From: Candidatus Ratteibacteria bacterium
GTDB lineage: Bacteria; CAZDME01; JAYEMH01
Reading direction: 5' to 3'
Assembly (NCBI GenBank): GCA_034717985.1
Contig: JAYEMH010000005.1
Location: 1-52,660, forward strand
Length of the DNA: 52,660 nt
Shown: piece by piece, positions 35,883 to 44,181 of the stretch
Position numbering within the stretch: the stretch's first letter is position 1
How the letters are laid out: every line of letters starts with the position of its first letter
The notes under the pieces: model-generated
Told to the model about the DNA's origin: nothing
What the model saw: the letters and a program-made list of their open reading frames with translations, nothing else
Databases searched by the model: none
Program-made: the position numbers and the translations under genes

Positions 35883-37297
35883 GCAAACCCGCCGGAAGAA
35901 AGAAGCGCCCGGCTCGAAATGGCCGCGATACCATAGCGGCTATTGCCACCTCCGAAGGTGTTGGGGGAATCGGAATTGTTCGCTTAAGCGGTCCGCGGGC
36001 GATCTCCATTGCGGCCGGGATTTTTCGTTTGAACCCGAAGCGGAATATTACGAAACTTCCCAGCCATACCCTCCATTATGGTCTGGCAGTCTCCGGAAAA
36101 AAGACCGTTGATGAAGGCCTCCTGGCCGTTATGCGGGCCCCACATTCCTATACCCGGGAAAATGTGGTGGAAATACAAGCCCACGGCGGGATGTTTCCCC
36201 TGCAGAAGATTCTGGGGGCGGCCGTTAAAAAGGGAGCCCGGCTGGCGGAGCCGGGAGAATTTACCCGGCGGGCATTTATTAATGGGCGGCTGGATTTAGC
36301 TCAGGCCGAGGCGGTGGTGGATTTAATCCGGGCCAGGACCGAGACGGCTTATGAAACCGCCCTAGGACAGCTCTCCGGAGGCTTATCCGAGCGGGTGAAG
36401 GACTTACGCCGGAGGCTCAGAAAGAGCTTAACCGGGCTGGAGGCGCAAATTGACTTTCCAGGGGAAAGCGGGGTGGTTCCGGGTAAATCTTTTTCACGCT
36501 CGCTTAAAGCCATCCTGGAAGAGATAAGAGAGTTGGAGGGTAGCGCTGATAAGGGCCGAATTATCCGGGAAGGCATTAAGGCGGTTATAATCGGCCGGCC
36601 TAATGTCGGCAAGTCCAGCTTGATGAATGCCCTTCTCCAGGAAAAAAGGGTAATTGTCACCCATCTTCCCGGCACTACCCGGGATGTAATTGAAGAAACG
36701 GTTAATATCCGGGGCATCCCGGTAAGAATTGCCGATACCGCCGGCTTCGGCCGAAGCCGCAATCTTATTGAAATCCAGGGGGCAGCCCGGGCGCGGGTTT
36801 ATTTGGAAATGGCCGATTTAGTCATTCTGGTGCTGGACGGTAGTCAGGGGATAAAAAAAGAAGATCGGGAGATTATAAAGCTGGCGGGGGAAAGCCAAAA
36901 AAAGGTGCTGGCAGCCATTAATAAAAGCGATTTGCCTGCCATGTGGAAACCTGAGGCGGTCAAAAGATTTTTCCCTGCCCGCCAAATAGTTCGAATTTCG
37001 GCCAAGACCCTTTTGGGGATTCCGGCCCTCCGGCGGAAATTAGCCGTTCTCCTGGGGATTAAGCAAGCTGAGACTAAAGAGGGTGTTTTGGTCAGCCGAT
37101 TAAGGCACCGGCTGGCCCTGCAAAGAGCGGCGGAGAATTTAAATAACGCTCTGGCGGCGCGGCAAAAGGGTTTCTCGGGTGAGTTTGTTGCTTTTGATCT
37201 CTGGCAGGCGGTTGAATCCCTGGGGACAATTTTAGGATTGAATTATAAAGAAGATGTGCTGGAGGAGATTTTCAGTGAATTCTGTATCGGGAAATAG
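35858..37297 (+). CDS. mnmE: tRNA modification GTPase MnmE
   Basis: It contains DTIAAIATSEGVGGIGIVRLSG, G-domain motifs GRPNVGKSS, DTAG and NKSD, and the C-terminal FCIGK. Confidence 0.95.
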   Translation: MADKKGKIGKPAGRKKRPARNGRDTIAAIATSEGVGGIGIVRLSGPRAISIAAGIFRLNPKRNITKLPSHTLHYGLAVSGKKTVDEGLLAVMRAPHSYTRENVVEIQAHGGMFPLQKILGAAVKKGARLAEPGEFTRRAFINGRLDLAQAEAVVDLIRARTETAYETALGQLSGGLSERVKDLRRRLRKSLTGLEAQIDFPGESGVVPGKSFSRSLKAILEEIRELEGSADKGRIIREGIKAVIIGRPNVGKSSLMNALLQEKRVIVTHLPGTTRDVIEETVNIRGIPVRIADTAGFGRSRNLIEIQGAARARVYLEMADLVILVLDGSQGIKKEDREIIKLAGESQKKVLAAINKSDLPAMWKPEAVKRFFPARQIVRISAKTLLGIPALRRKLAVLLGIKQAETKEGVLVSRLRHRLALQRAAENLNNALAARQKGFSGEFVAFDLWQAVESLGTILGLNYKEDVLEEIFSEFCIGK

Positions 37298-37298
37298 A

Positions 37299-37409
37299 CC
37301 CCGTTAGAGAACTTTGTTCTCTAACCCTAATCCTAAAGGATAGCCCTTTCTGTTCCTCTTTGAGGAAGGAGCTAACGTCTTGCGCTGACAGTGGCTTTCT
37401 CTAACGGGG
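37299..37409. repeat. TIR element T3: CCCCGTTAGAG...CTCTAACGGGG (111 bp)
   Basis: It has the same 11-bp termini as T1, T2 and T5. It shares the left 27 bp and right 17 bp with T5. It begins 1 nt after the mnmE stop. Confidence 0.8.
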
Positions 37410-37486
37410 TAGAACAAATTTACACATATTTATACACATTTAGACATAGTTGCACAGAGTTTTTTTGAGGAGAATCCAGTCAACCC

Positions 37487-37605
37487 TGTGGATAAGACCC
37501 TTCCTTTAAGAGGAATAGGAAGGTCTATCTTTGTGGATAAGATCCCTCCTTCAAGGGAATTAGGAGGATCTATCCCTGTGGATAAGATGATGTTTCTGTG
37601 GATAA
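37487..37605. promoter_or_regulatory. Array of four perfect DnaA boxes (TGTGGATAA) in one orientation
   Basis: The boxes are at 37487-37495, 37532-37540, 37577-37585 and 37597-37605. The first three lie on a 45-bp tandem unit that also contains a small hairpin. An oppositely oriented TTATACACA lies at 37430-37438, with AT-rich TTNCACA-word flanks. Confidence 0.6.
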
Positions 37606-37703
37606 CCTAAGACAGTTATGGACAAGTTTGGGCGGGGAAAGATAATTATAAACAAATTTACACAGTTTTGCACACTTCTGCACAAGAATCGGGGATTTTG
37701 TAA

Positions 37704-38468
37704 ATGTCAAGAATTTTTGCGGTGGCCAACCAAAAAGGCGGTGTGGGTAAGACAACTACCGCCGTTAACCTGGCGACCTGTTTTGCCTTAGCCGGGCAAA
37801 AGGTGCTGGTGGTCGATTTTGATCCCCAGGGACAGGCTACTTCCGGGCTGGGGCTGGAAAAAAAGAATCTGCCGCGGACAATTTATTCCAGTCTTTTCAA
37901 TCTAAACTCCCCGGTGGAACTGATTCAGGAAACGGGTATCCAAAACCTCCGGATTATTCCGGCCAATATTGAGTTGGCCGGGGCGGAAGTTGAATTAGTT
38001 GAGGTTTCCCAGCGGGAAAGCCGCCTGCGGCGTATTCTGGAAAATGTCCGCAAACGCTTTGATTTTATCTTGATTGACTGCCCTCCTTCGCTGGGCATAT
38101 TGACCGTTAATGCCCTGACGGCCGCCGACAGCATTATTATTCCGGTCCAGTGTGAATACTATGCCCTGGAAGGATTGAGCCAACTGGTGACATCCGTCAA
38201 TTTAGTCCAGGCCGGGCTTAATCCTCATCTCTCCATTGAGGGGGTGGTCTTGACTATGAACGATATTCGCACCAATCTTTCCCAGCAGGTGGTAAATGAG
38301 GTGAGGAACTTTTTTCAGGACAAGGTTTTCCGGACGGTTATTCCCCGCAATATTCGTTTAGCGGAGGCGCCCAGCTTTGGTCAGTCAATCATTCAATATG
38401 ATATTCGCTCAACCGGCGCCGAGGCTTATACCCGATTAGCCAGGGAAATCTTAAAAAGATATGAATAA
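37704..38468 (+). CDS. parA: Chromosome partitioning ATPase ParA/Soj
   Basis: It has the deviant Walker A NQKGGVGKTT. Length and motifs are typical for Soj. Confidence 0.95.
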   Translation: MSRIFAVANQKGGVGKTTTAVNLATCFALAGQKVLVVDFDPQGQATSGLGLEKKNLPRTIYSSLFNLNSPVELIQETGIQNLRIIPANIELAGAEVELVEVSQRESRLRRILENVRKRFDFILIDCPPSLGILTVNALTAADSIIIPVQCEYYALEGLSQLVTSVNLVQAGLNPHLSIEGVVLTMNDIRTNLSQQVVNEVRNFFQDKVFRTVIPRNIRLAEAPSFGQSIIQYDIRSTGAEAYTRLAREILKRYE

Positions 38469-38725
38469 CCAAGATACAAAAGACAAAATACCCAAGAAAC
38501 AAGATACCTGCCTCGCCGGCAAGGCGGGCAATAACCAAACAATGACCAATAACCAAATTCAAATAACCAAACAAAAACAATGAGAGAAAATCGCAAGACA
38601 AGAAGAGAAGGGAAAGAAAGTCTTCAATGTTTGGTGATTGGTTATTGAATATTGGTAATTGTTTGTATCTTGTAACTTGGTGATTGGTGATTTAATCGAT
38701 ATTTTTGGCAGTACAGGAGAAAAAA
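38469..38725 (+). repeat. Composite intergenic repeat, copy A (fills the whole parA-parB spacer)
   Basis: The left module is AACCAAGATACAA...CCTGCCTCGCCGGCAAGGCGGGCAATAACCAAA... The right module is ATTGAATATTGGTAATTGTTTGTATCTTGTAACTTGGTGATTGGTGATTTAATCGATATTTTTGGCAGTAC, ending ~10 nt before the parB ATG. Confidence 0.85.
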
Positions 38726-39568
38726 ATGGCTAAACAGGTTTTGGGCCGGGGTTTAAGCGCGCTTATCTCTCGCGAAGGGACAGAACGAAAAGAATCGGTC
38801 CGCGAATTAAACGTTAAGGATATCATGGCTAGCAAGTTTCAGCCGCGGAGAGATTTTGATTTAAAACAGCTTAAAGAGCTTATGGCTTCCATCAGAGAAA
38901 AAGGTGTGGTGCAGCCGATTTTGGTGCGTCCCAGCGGAGATAAATATGAACTGGTGGCCGGAGAGCGGCGCTGGCGGGCGGCCAAAGAGCTGGGCTGGAA
39001 AAAGATTCCGGCCATGCTCCGGGATGCCTCTGATACCGAGGCTTTAGAGTTGGCCTTGATTGAAAACCTGCAAAGACAGGATTTGAATCCTATGGAAGAA
39101 GCTTATGCTTACCAGCAGTTAATCCAGGAATTCAAACTTACCCAGGAGAAGCTTTCCCGACAAATCGGCAAGGAGCGCTCTTCGGTGGCTAATACTTTGC
39201 GGCTGCTTAAATTGCCCGCCTCGGTTAAAGAAGAAATCTCGCGGGGAAATCTTTCGGCCGGACAGGCCCGACCTCTGCTGGCCCTAAAGAATCAACGCAA
39301 ACAAGAAGAACTGGGCAAAAAAATTGTAAAGACCGGTTTGTCAGCGCGCGAAGTCGAAAACCTCGTTCAGAAAATTCTTTCTCCGGTTCGTTTTCAGCCG
39401 AGACACTTTAAAAAGAATGTCCAGCTCCTTGAAATTGAAGAAAAACTTCGACATATCTTTGGCACCCAGGTGCGGATTAAGCAAAAAGGAAACAAGGGCC
39501 GGATAGAAATTGAATTCTATTCTGCCGAAGACTTAGACCGCATTCTTGAAGTCGTCAAGACGAAATAA
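38726..39568 (+). CDS. parB: Chromosome partitioning protein ParB/Spo0J
   Basis: It contains MAKQVLGRGLSALI, the ParB box GERRWRAA and an HTH region. The start is reassigned to ATG 38726. Confidence 0.95.
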   Translation: MAKQVLGRGLSALISREGTERKESVRELNVKDIMASKFQPRRDFDLKQLKELMASIREKGVVQPILVRPSGDKYELVAGERRWRAAKELGWKKIPAMLRDASDTEALELALIENLQRQDLNPMEEAYAYQQLIQEFKLTQEKLSRQIGKERSSVANTLRLLKLPASVKEEISRGNLSAGQARPLLALKNQRKQEELGKKIVKTGLSAREVENLVQKILSPVRFQPRHFKKNVQLLEIEEKLRHIFGTQVRIKQKGNKGRIEIEFYSAEDLDRILEVVKTK

Positions 39569-39634
39569 GAAATTTCTGAAACACTCAATTTTGCACAGAT
39601 GTGATAAAGAAAATTTTTCAGGAACCCCGATAAA

Positions 39635-40654
39635 ATGCCTATTCCAAACCGGCTCTTGACCAAAATTGGCACCAAACGGCATTTAGGTAAAATTCCCCGG
39701 ATTCTAAAAGAGCTTAAACTTCACACGGTTTGTCAGGAAGCCCGTTGTCCTAATATTGGCGAATGCTTCGAGCGGGGGACGGCCACCTTCTTGATTTTGG
39801 GAAACCTTTGCACCCGAGACTGCCGGTTCTGCGGGATAAAAAAGGCGGCCGGGTCTCTTTTAAATTTGGACCGGAAGGAACCGGAACGGGTGGCCAGAAC
39901 GGTCAAACAGCTTGGCCTTAGACATGTGGTGGTTACCTCAGTGACCCGGGATGACCTGCCCGAAGGAGGGGCGGAACATTTTGCCCAAACCATCAGGGAG
40001 ATAAGAAAACTTACCCCCGAAGTTTCCATAGAAGTTTTAATACCCGATTTTTCGGGTAATCCGGAGGCTTTAAAGCTCGTCATTAAAGAAAAGCCCGAGG
40101 TTATTAATCACAATATAGAGGTGGTAGAGCGTCTTTATCCGGATTTCCGCCCTCAGGCAGATTATCGGCGTTCGCTTTCGGTTATAAGGAAAATAAAGGA
40201 GTTGGCTCCGGGGATTTTTAGCAAGTCGGGATTAATGCTGGGAGTAGGGGAAGAAGAAAAGGAAGTTTTAGCCGCCCTTAAAGATTTACGGAAGGCAGGC
40301 GGTGAGATTTTAACCTTGGGTCAGTACTTCCAGCCGACCGGCCGTCAGCTGGCGGTGAGGAAATATCTTACCCCGGAGGCATTCGCTTCTTTTCAAAGAG
40401 AGGCGGAAAGTTTAGGCTTTCTTTTTGTCGCCGCGGGGAGTTTCGTTCGCAGTTCTTATCGGGCCCGGGAGGCATATCAAAAGGCCGTATCTCGCTGCTC
40501 GCATCTGGCGAAGCGGGGAAAAGAAATAAAAATAACCACGAAGAGCACGAAGAAAAAAATAAAAAGACAAAAAGAGGCAACCACAGGTGAACACAGGAAA
40601 AGAAACAAAATCAACCCGAAATTTTGTAGGGGACGGGCATGCCCGTCCCTCTAA
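39635..40654 (+). CDS. lipA: Lipoyl synthase (with a ~55-aa repeat-derived C-terminal extension)
   Basis: It has the CQEARCPNIGEC and CTRDCRFCGI cluster motifs. The conserved core ends near ...SSYRAREAYQKA. The remaining codons run through the intergenic word-repeat and a TGTAGGGG hairpin. Confidence 0.93.
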   Translation: MPIPNRLLTKIGTKRHLGKIPRILKELKLHTVCQEARCPNIGECFERGTATFLILGNLCTRDCRFCGIKKAAGSLLNLDRKEPERVARTVKQLGLRHVVVTSVTRDDLPEGGAEHFAQTIREIRKLTPEVSIEVLIPDFSGNPEALKLVIKEKPEVINHNIEVVERLYPDFRPQADYRRSLSVIRKIKELAPGIFSKSGLMLGVGEEEKEVLAALKDLRKAGGEILTLGQYFQPTGRQLAVRKYLTPEAFASFQREAESLGFLFVAAGSFVRSSYRAREAYQKAVSRCSHLAKRGKEIKITTKSTKKKIKRQKEATTGEHRKRNKINPKFCRGRACPSL

Positions 40655-40742
40655 TATAGAGTAAATAGACCAATATACAACAGTGTTTACCCGTGTTTAT
40701 CTGTGGTTTTTGCACCACCAATTGTAAAAAAAGGAAAAGACA

Positions 40743-41243
40743 GTGGCAAAATTGCCGATTTGTAAATATGGGGCGCCGGTATTGCGGCGGAGGTGTCCGG
40801 AAGTAAAGGAAATTACCGGAGATATCCGGAAAATTCTGGAGGATATGCGACAGACGATGTATGAGGAAGACGGGGTGGGATTGGCCGCTTCGCAGGTTGG
40901 AGAGGCGAAACGTTTAATTGTCTTGGACGGGGGAGGGGGGCTCTGGCAGTTGATTAATCCCCGAATTATTTCTCGGCGGGATGAAGGTGCTTCATTAGAG
41001 GGATGTTTGAGTCTGCCGGGCGTTACGGTGAAGATTAATCGTTCCCAAGAGGTTACCGTGGAAGCTTTGAATAAAAAAGGAGAGAAGATAATTGTGGAAG
41101 GGAAAGGCTTGTTGTCTTATATTCTCCAACATGAGATTGACCATCTTAACGGCATTCTGATTATTGATTATCTGGATAAAAAAAAGAAAAAGAAAACAGA
41201 GGAAAAGCTGAAGAAATGGATAAAAGAAACCCCAAAGATGTAA
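40743..41243 (+). CDS. def: Peptide deformylase (GTG start)
   Basis: It has the GVGLAASQVG, EGCLSLPG and QHEIDHLNG motifs. Confidence 0.95.
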   Translation: MAKLPICKYGAPVLRRRCPEVKEITGDIRKILEDMRQTMYEEDGVGLAASQVGEAKRLIVLDGGGGLWQLINPRIISRRDEGASLEGCLSLPGVTVKINRSQEVTVEALNKKGEKIIVEGKGLLSYILQHEIDHLNGILIIDYLDKKKKKKTEEKLKKWIKETPKM

Positions 41244-41244
41244 G

Positions 41245-41311
41245 CCCCGTTAGAGATAGGTTGCCAGAGGCAACCGACGACAGACATCTTCGGTGCTTAC
41301 CTCTAACGGGG
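41245..41311. repeat. TIR element T2: CCCCGTTAGAG...CTCTAACGGGG (67 bp)
   Basis: It is a near-identical copy of T1 with a few substitutions in the inner hairpins. It starts 1 nt after the def stop. Confidence 0.85.
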
Positions 41312-41348
41312 TAAATCTGTAAGTTCTCGGAAACGACGGTTAAAACTG

Positions 41349-41879
41349 ATGATAAAAGGCAAGGGAGTTTTTGTATTATTTATTTTATCGATTTTTCTTT
41401 TATGTATCTTCGGCCGCGCCCAGGCGATGGAGAGGATGCGGCCCGGAAGATGCCATGGGCAGGTCGGGGAAACAGTCCCCCGGATTATACTCCCCCGGCT
41501 TGACGGGAAATTCTTCGCCTCCTCTGAGCTTCAAGGCAAGGTGGTAATCTTTGATTTCTGGGCGACCTGGCATCCGCCCTGCCGGTCGGCTATCCCGGCT
41601 TTTATCGAACTTTATAATAAATACGGGGAGGAAAAATTTGAAATTATCGGTATTTGTCTGGATAAAGATATGCCGGCCTTAAAACAATTTGCTCACGAGA
41701 TACAAATTAACTATCCGATTGCCATTGGCAGTAAAAGCATTGAGCGGAGCTTCGGCGGCATAAAAGCTTTACCCACCACTCTTTTAGTGGATAAAAGGGG
41801 GAGAATCCGCTTCCGCTTCACCGGCTATACACCCAAAGAAGTTTTTGAGGAGAAAATTAAATTTCTTCTTCGGGAGTGA
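41349..41879 (+). CDS. TlpA/ResA-like thioredoxin-fold protein with an altered active site (WHPPC)
   Basis: It has a signal peptide. FDFWATWHPPCRSAIP aligns with the usual FWATWCxPCR motif but carries His in place of the first Cys. Confidence 0.7.
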   Translation: MIKGKGVFVLFILSIFLLCIFGRAQAMERMRPGRCHGQVGETVPRIILPRLDGKFFASSELQGKVVIFDFWATWHPPCRSAIPAFIELYNKYGEEKFEIIGICLDKDMPALKQFAHEIQINYPIAIGSKSIERSFGGIKALPTTLLVDKRGRIRFRFTGYTPKEVFEEKIKFLLRE

Positions 41880-41967
41880 GGGAGAATAAAAAATAAAGAG
41901 CCGCCGTCCCTATTTAATTGCCGCTTTTATCCTGACCGGGTTCACCGCGACGGTAACCCAGGTCCTG

Positions 41968-44181
41968 TTGGTTCGCGAATTAATCGTCGTTTTTTGGGGC
42001 AATGAATTATCGCTGGGAATTATCTTTTCAAGCTGGCTTTTTTGGATTGCCTGCGGCAGTTTGTTCCTGGGCCGGTTTGTTGACCGGCTTAAGGATAAGT
42101 TAAAGGCTTATATTAGCTGTCAGATTTTATTCTCCCTGTTTTTACTCCCGACCGTCTTAGGGATAAAAGCCATCAGGGCGCTCTGGAATATTCCGCCCGG
42201 AGAATTAATCGGCCCCTTCCCTTTTTTAATCTCTGTTTTTTTACTACTGGCCCCGGGTTGTCTTATTCTTGGTTTCCAATTTGCCCTGGCCTGTGGTCTT
42301 TATGCCGGGGAGAAAGCCCGCCCGGACTTCCGGGATACACCCATGGCCGCCGGAAGGGTTTATCGCCTTGATGCCCTGGGAGATATGCTGGGGGGAATAG
42401 CCTTTGCCTGCCTTTTGGTCAACATTTTCTATTCTTTCAAAACTCTTTTCACCCTGGCTATTTTAAACCTTTCTTTAGCCTTAATGACGGCCCTGTTATT
42501 TTTGAAGAAAAGGACTATCGCCTTTTTTTGTTTTTGCCTTCTTATAATTTTTGCCGCTGTTTTAAATACCTCTTTAGTTGACAAATTGAATAGTTATGCC
42601 GGCCGGCTCGAATGGAAAGGCATGCCTCTTCAGGCGGCTGCTTTCTCTAAATATGCCGATTATGCGGTGATTAAGGGTGCGGGAAGTTTCTATATTTACG
42701 GCAACGGGCAGCTGCTTTTTAGCCTGCCGGATGAGGCTTTGGCCGAGGAGATAATTCATCTGAGTTTTTCTCAAATCAGAAAACCGGAACGCATTCTTTT
42801 AATCGGCGGGGTTTTAAGCGGCGCGGTTACGCAGGCATTAAAATATTCCGGTTTAAAAGAAATTATTATTCTTGAGAAGGACCCCGGGCTTATCCGCCTG
42901 GGGCAAAGGTATATAAGTTCCCGGGAGAGAAGGTCTTTAGCCGCCTCCGGCAGCCGCATCGTTATTGGCGACGGCCGGTGGTTTGTAAAAAATTACCAGG
43001 GGGAAAATTTTGACGGCATTATTTTAAACGTTATCAATCCTTTAACCGCCGAACGCAACCGCTTTTATACCCTGGAATTTTTTAAAGAGGCCAAGAAAAT
43101 CCTAAAGCCGGAGGGAATATTTTTTTTGGGGATTGACTCGCACGAAAACTATCTCTCACCGGAGATGAGAAAATTTAACGGCTGTATTTACCGGACGCTA
43201 AAGGAAGTTTTTCCCCGAATTGTTCTTTTCCCCGGGAGTACCCTTTATCTGGCGGCCTCTTCTCAGAGCGGCTTTTTAACCGACAACCCCGCGATTTTAT
43301 CCCGGCGGCTGGCCGGGCGCCGGATTTTTGCCCGGTACATAAACGAATATACTTTGCCCCATCGCTTGAGTCAGGAAAGAATCTCTTATATCCGGGGAAT
43401 TTTATCCTCCGAGGAGAAAGAGAGCCGGAGATTAAACCGCGATTTTCATCCGATTAGCTATTATTACAACATAATTCTCCGGGGAAGCAAAATTTTCCCC
43501 CAAAAGGCGGCTCAGGTTTTCTGGCGGCTTTCCCGGATGAAAATCAGATCCGTAGCCGGCGGTCTTATCCTTGTCAGCCTGGTATTAATTGCCTGGCGGC
43601 GAAGATTAAGAAAAGGCTTTGTTCCTCTGGCGGTTTCTATCGGGGGGATGGCCGGAATTTCTCTGGAATTAATTTTGATTATCGGGTTTCAAATTATTTA
43701 CGGCAACCTTTATTTTATGATTGGCGTCATTGTGGCTTCGTTTATGATGGGACTGGTTATTGGGGCAGGCCTTATTACCCGCTCCATGGGAAAATTTAGA
43801 AACGAGCGTTTAGCCCTCGGCCGGATTGAACTGGCCCTGGGGATTTATGCTTTATTTGTCGCCTTCATTCTTTTAATCCTGGCCCGCTGGCGGGGGGTGC
43901 CTTTTTTAATAAGCACCCGGGTTTTATTCCCTTTTTTAACCATCCTGGCCGGCTTATGGGTGGGAATGATTTTCCCTTTAGCCAACAATATATGTTCGGC
44001 CGGGAGAGACAGAATAGGGGAAACAGCCGGCAGGCTTTATGCTTTTGATTTGTTGGGCGCCTGTTTCGGGGCACTGGTGACGACGGTATTTCTTATCCCT
44101 CTCTTCGGCCTTATCCAGACCTGTCTTTTAATCGGCTTGGTCTGCGGTTTAGGGTTCGCGGTTTTATCAGTCCCAAATTAA
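41968..44181 (+). CDS. Polytopic membrane protein fused to a spermidine-synthase-like methyltransferase-fold domain
   Basis: Many TM helices flank the soluble domain RILLIGGVLSGAVTQ...IILEKDPGLIRLGQRY...IVIGDGRWFV...FDGIILNV...FYTLEFFKEAKKILKPEGIF. The true start is probably upstream of 41968 (see findings). Confidence 0.7.
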   Translation: MVRELIVVFWGNELSLGIIFSSWLFWIACGSLFLGRFVDRLKDKLKAYISCQILFSLFLLPTVLGIKAIRALWNIPPGELIGPFPFLISVFLLLAPGCLILGFQFALACGLYAGEKARPDFRDTPMAAGRVYRLDALGDMLGGIAFACLLVNIFYSFKTLFTLAILNLSLALMTALLFLKKRTIAFFCFCLLIIFAAVLNTSLVDKLNSYAGRLEWKGMPLQAAAFSKYADYAVIKGAGSFYIYGNGQLLFSLPDEALAEEIIHLSFSQIRKPERILLIGGVLSGAVTQALKYSGLKEIIILEKDPGLIRLGQRYISSRERRSLAASGSRIVIGDGRWFVKNYQGENFDGIILNVINPLTAERNRFYTLEFFKEAKKILKPEGIFFLGIDSHENYLSPEMRKFNGCIYRTLKEVFPRIVLFPGSTLYLAASSQSGFLTDNPAILSRRLAGRRIFARYINEYTLPHRLSQERISYIRGILSSEEKESRRLNRDFHPISYYYNIILRGSKIFPQKAAQVFWRLSRMKIRSVAGGLILVSLVLIAWRRRLRKGFVPLAVSIGGMAGISLELILIIGFQIIYGNLYFMIGVIVASFMMGLVIGAGLITRSMGKFRNERLALGRIELALGIYALFVAFILLILARWRGVPFLISTRVLFPFLTILAGLWVGMIFPLANNICSAGRDRIGETAGRLYAFDLLGACFGALVTTVFLIPLFGLIQTCLLIGLVCGLGFAVLSVPN

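Noticed and set aside
36349-36762. 137-aa minus-strand ORF inside mnmE, and similar antisense ORFs in gyrA, gyrB, yidC, parA, lipA and tolB
   Set aside because: All lie opposite genes with unambiguous family motifs and have Arg/Pro/Ser-rich shadow-frame composition.
38700-38716. Sigma54 promoter suggested by TGGCAG/TGGCAGCAC in the conserved repeat core
   Set aside because: The -12 element (TTGCW) is missing at the required 5-nt spacing in all four copies. One copy has TTGACAGCAC and another TTGAACAGTAC instead of TGGCA.
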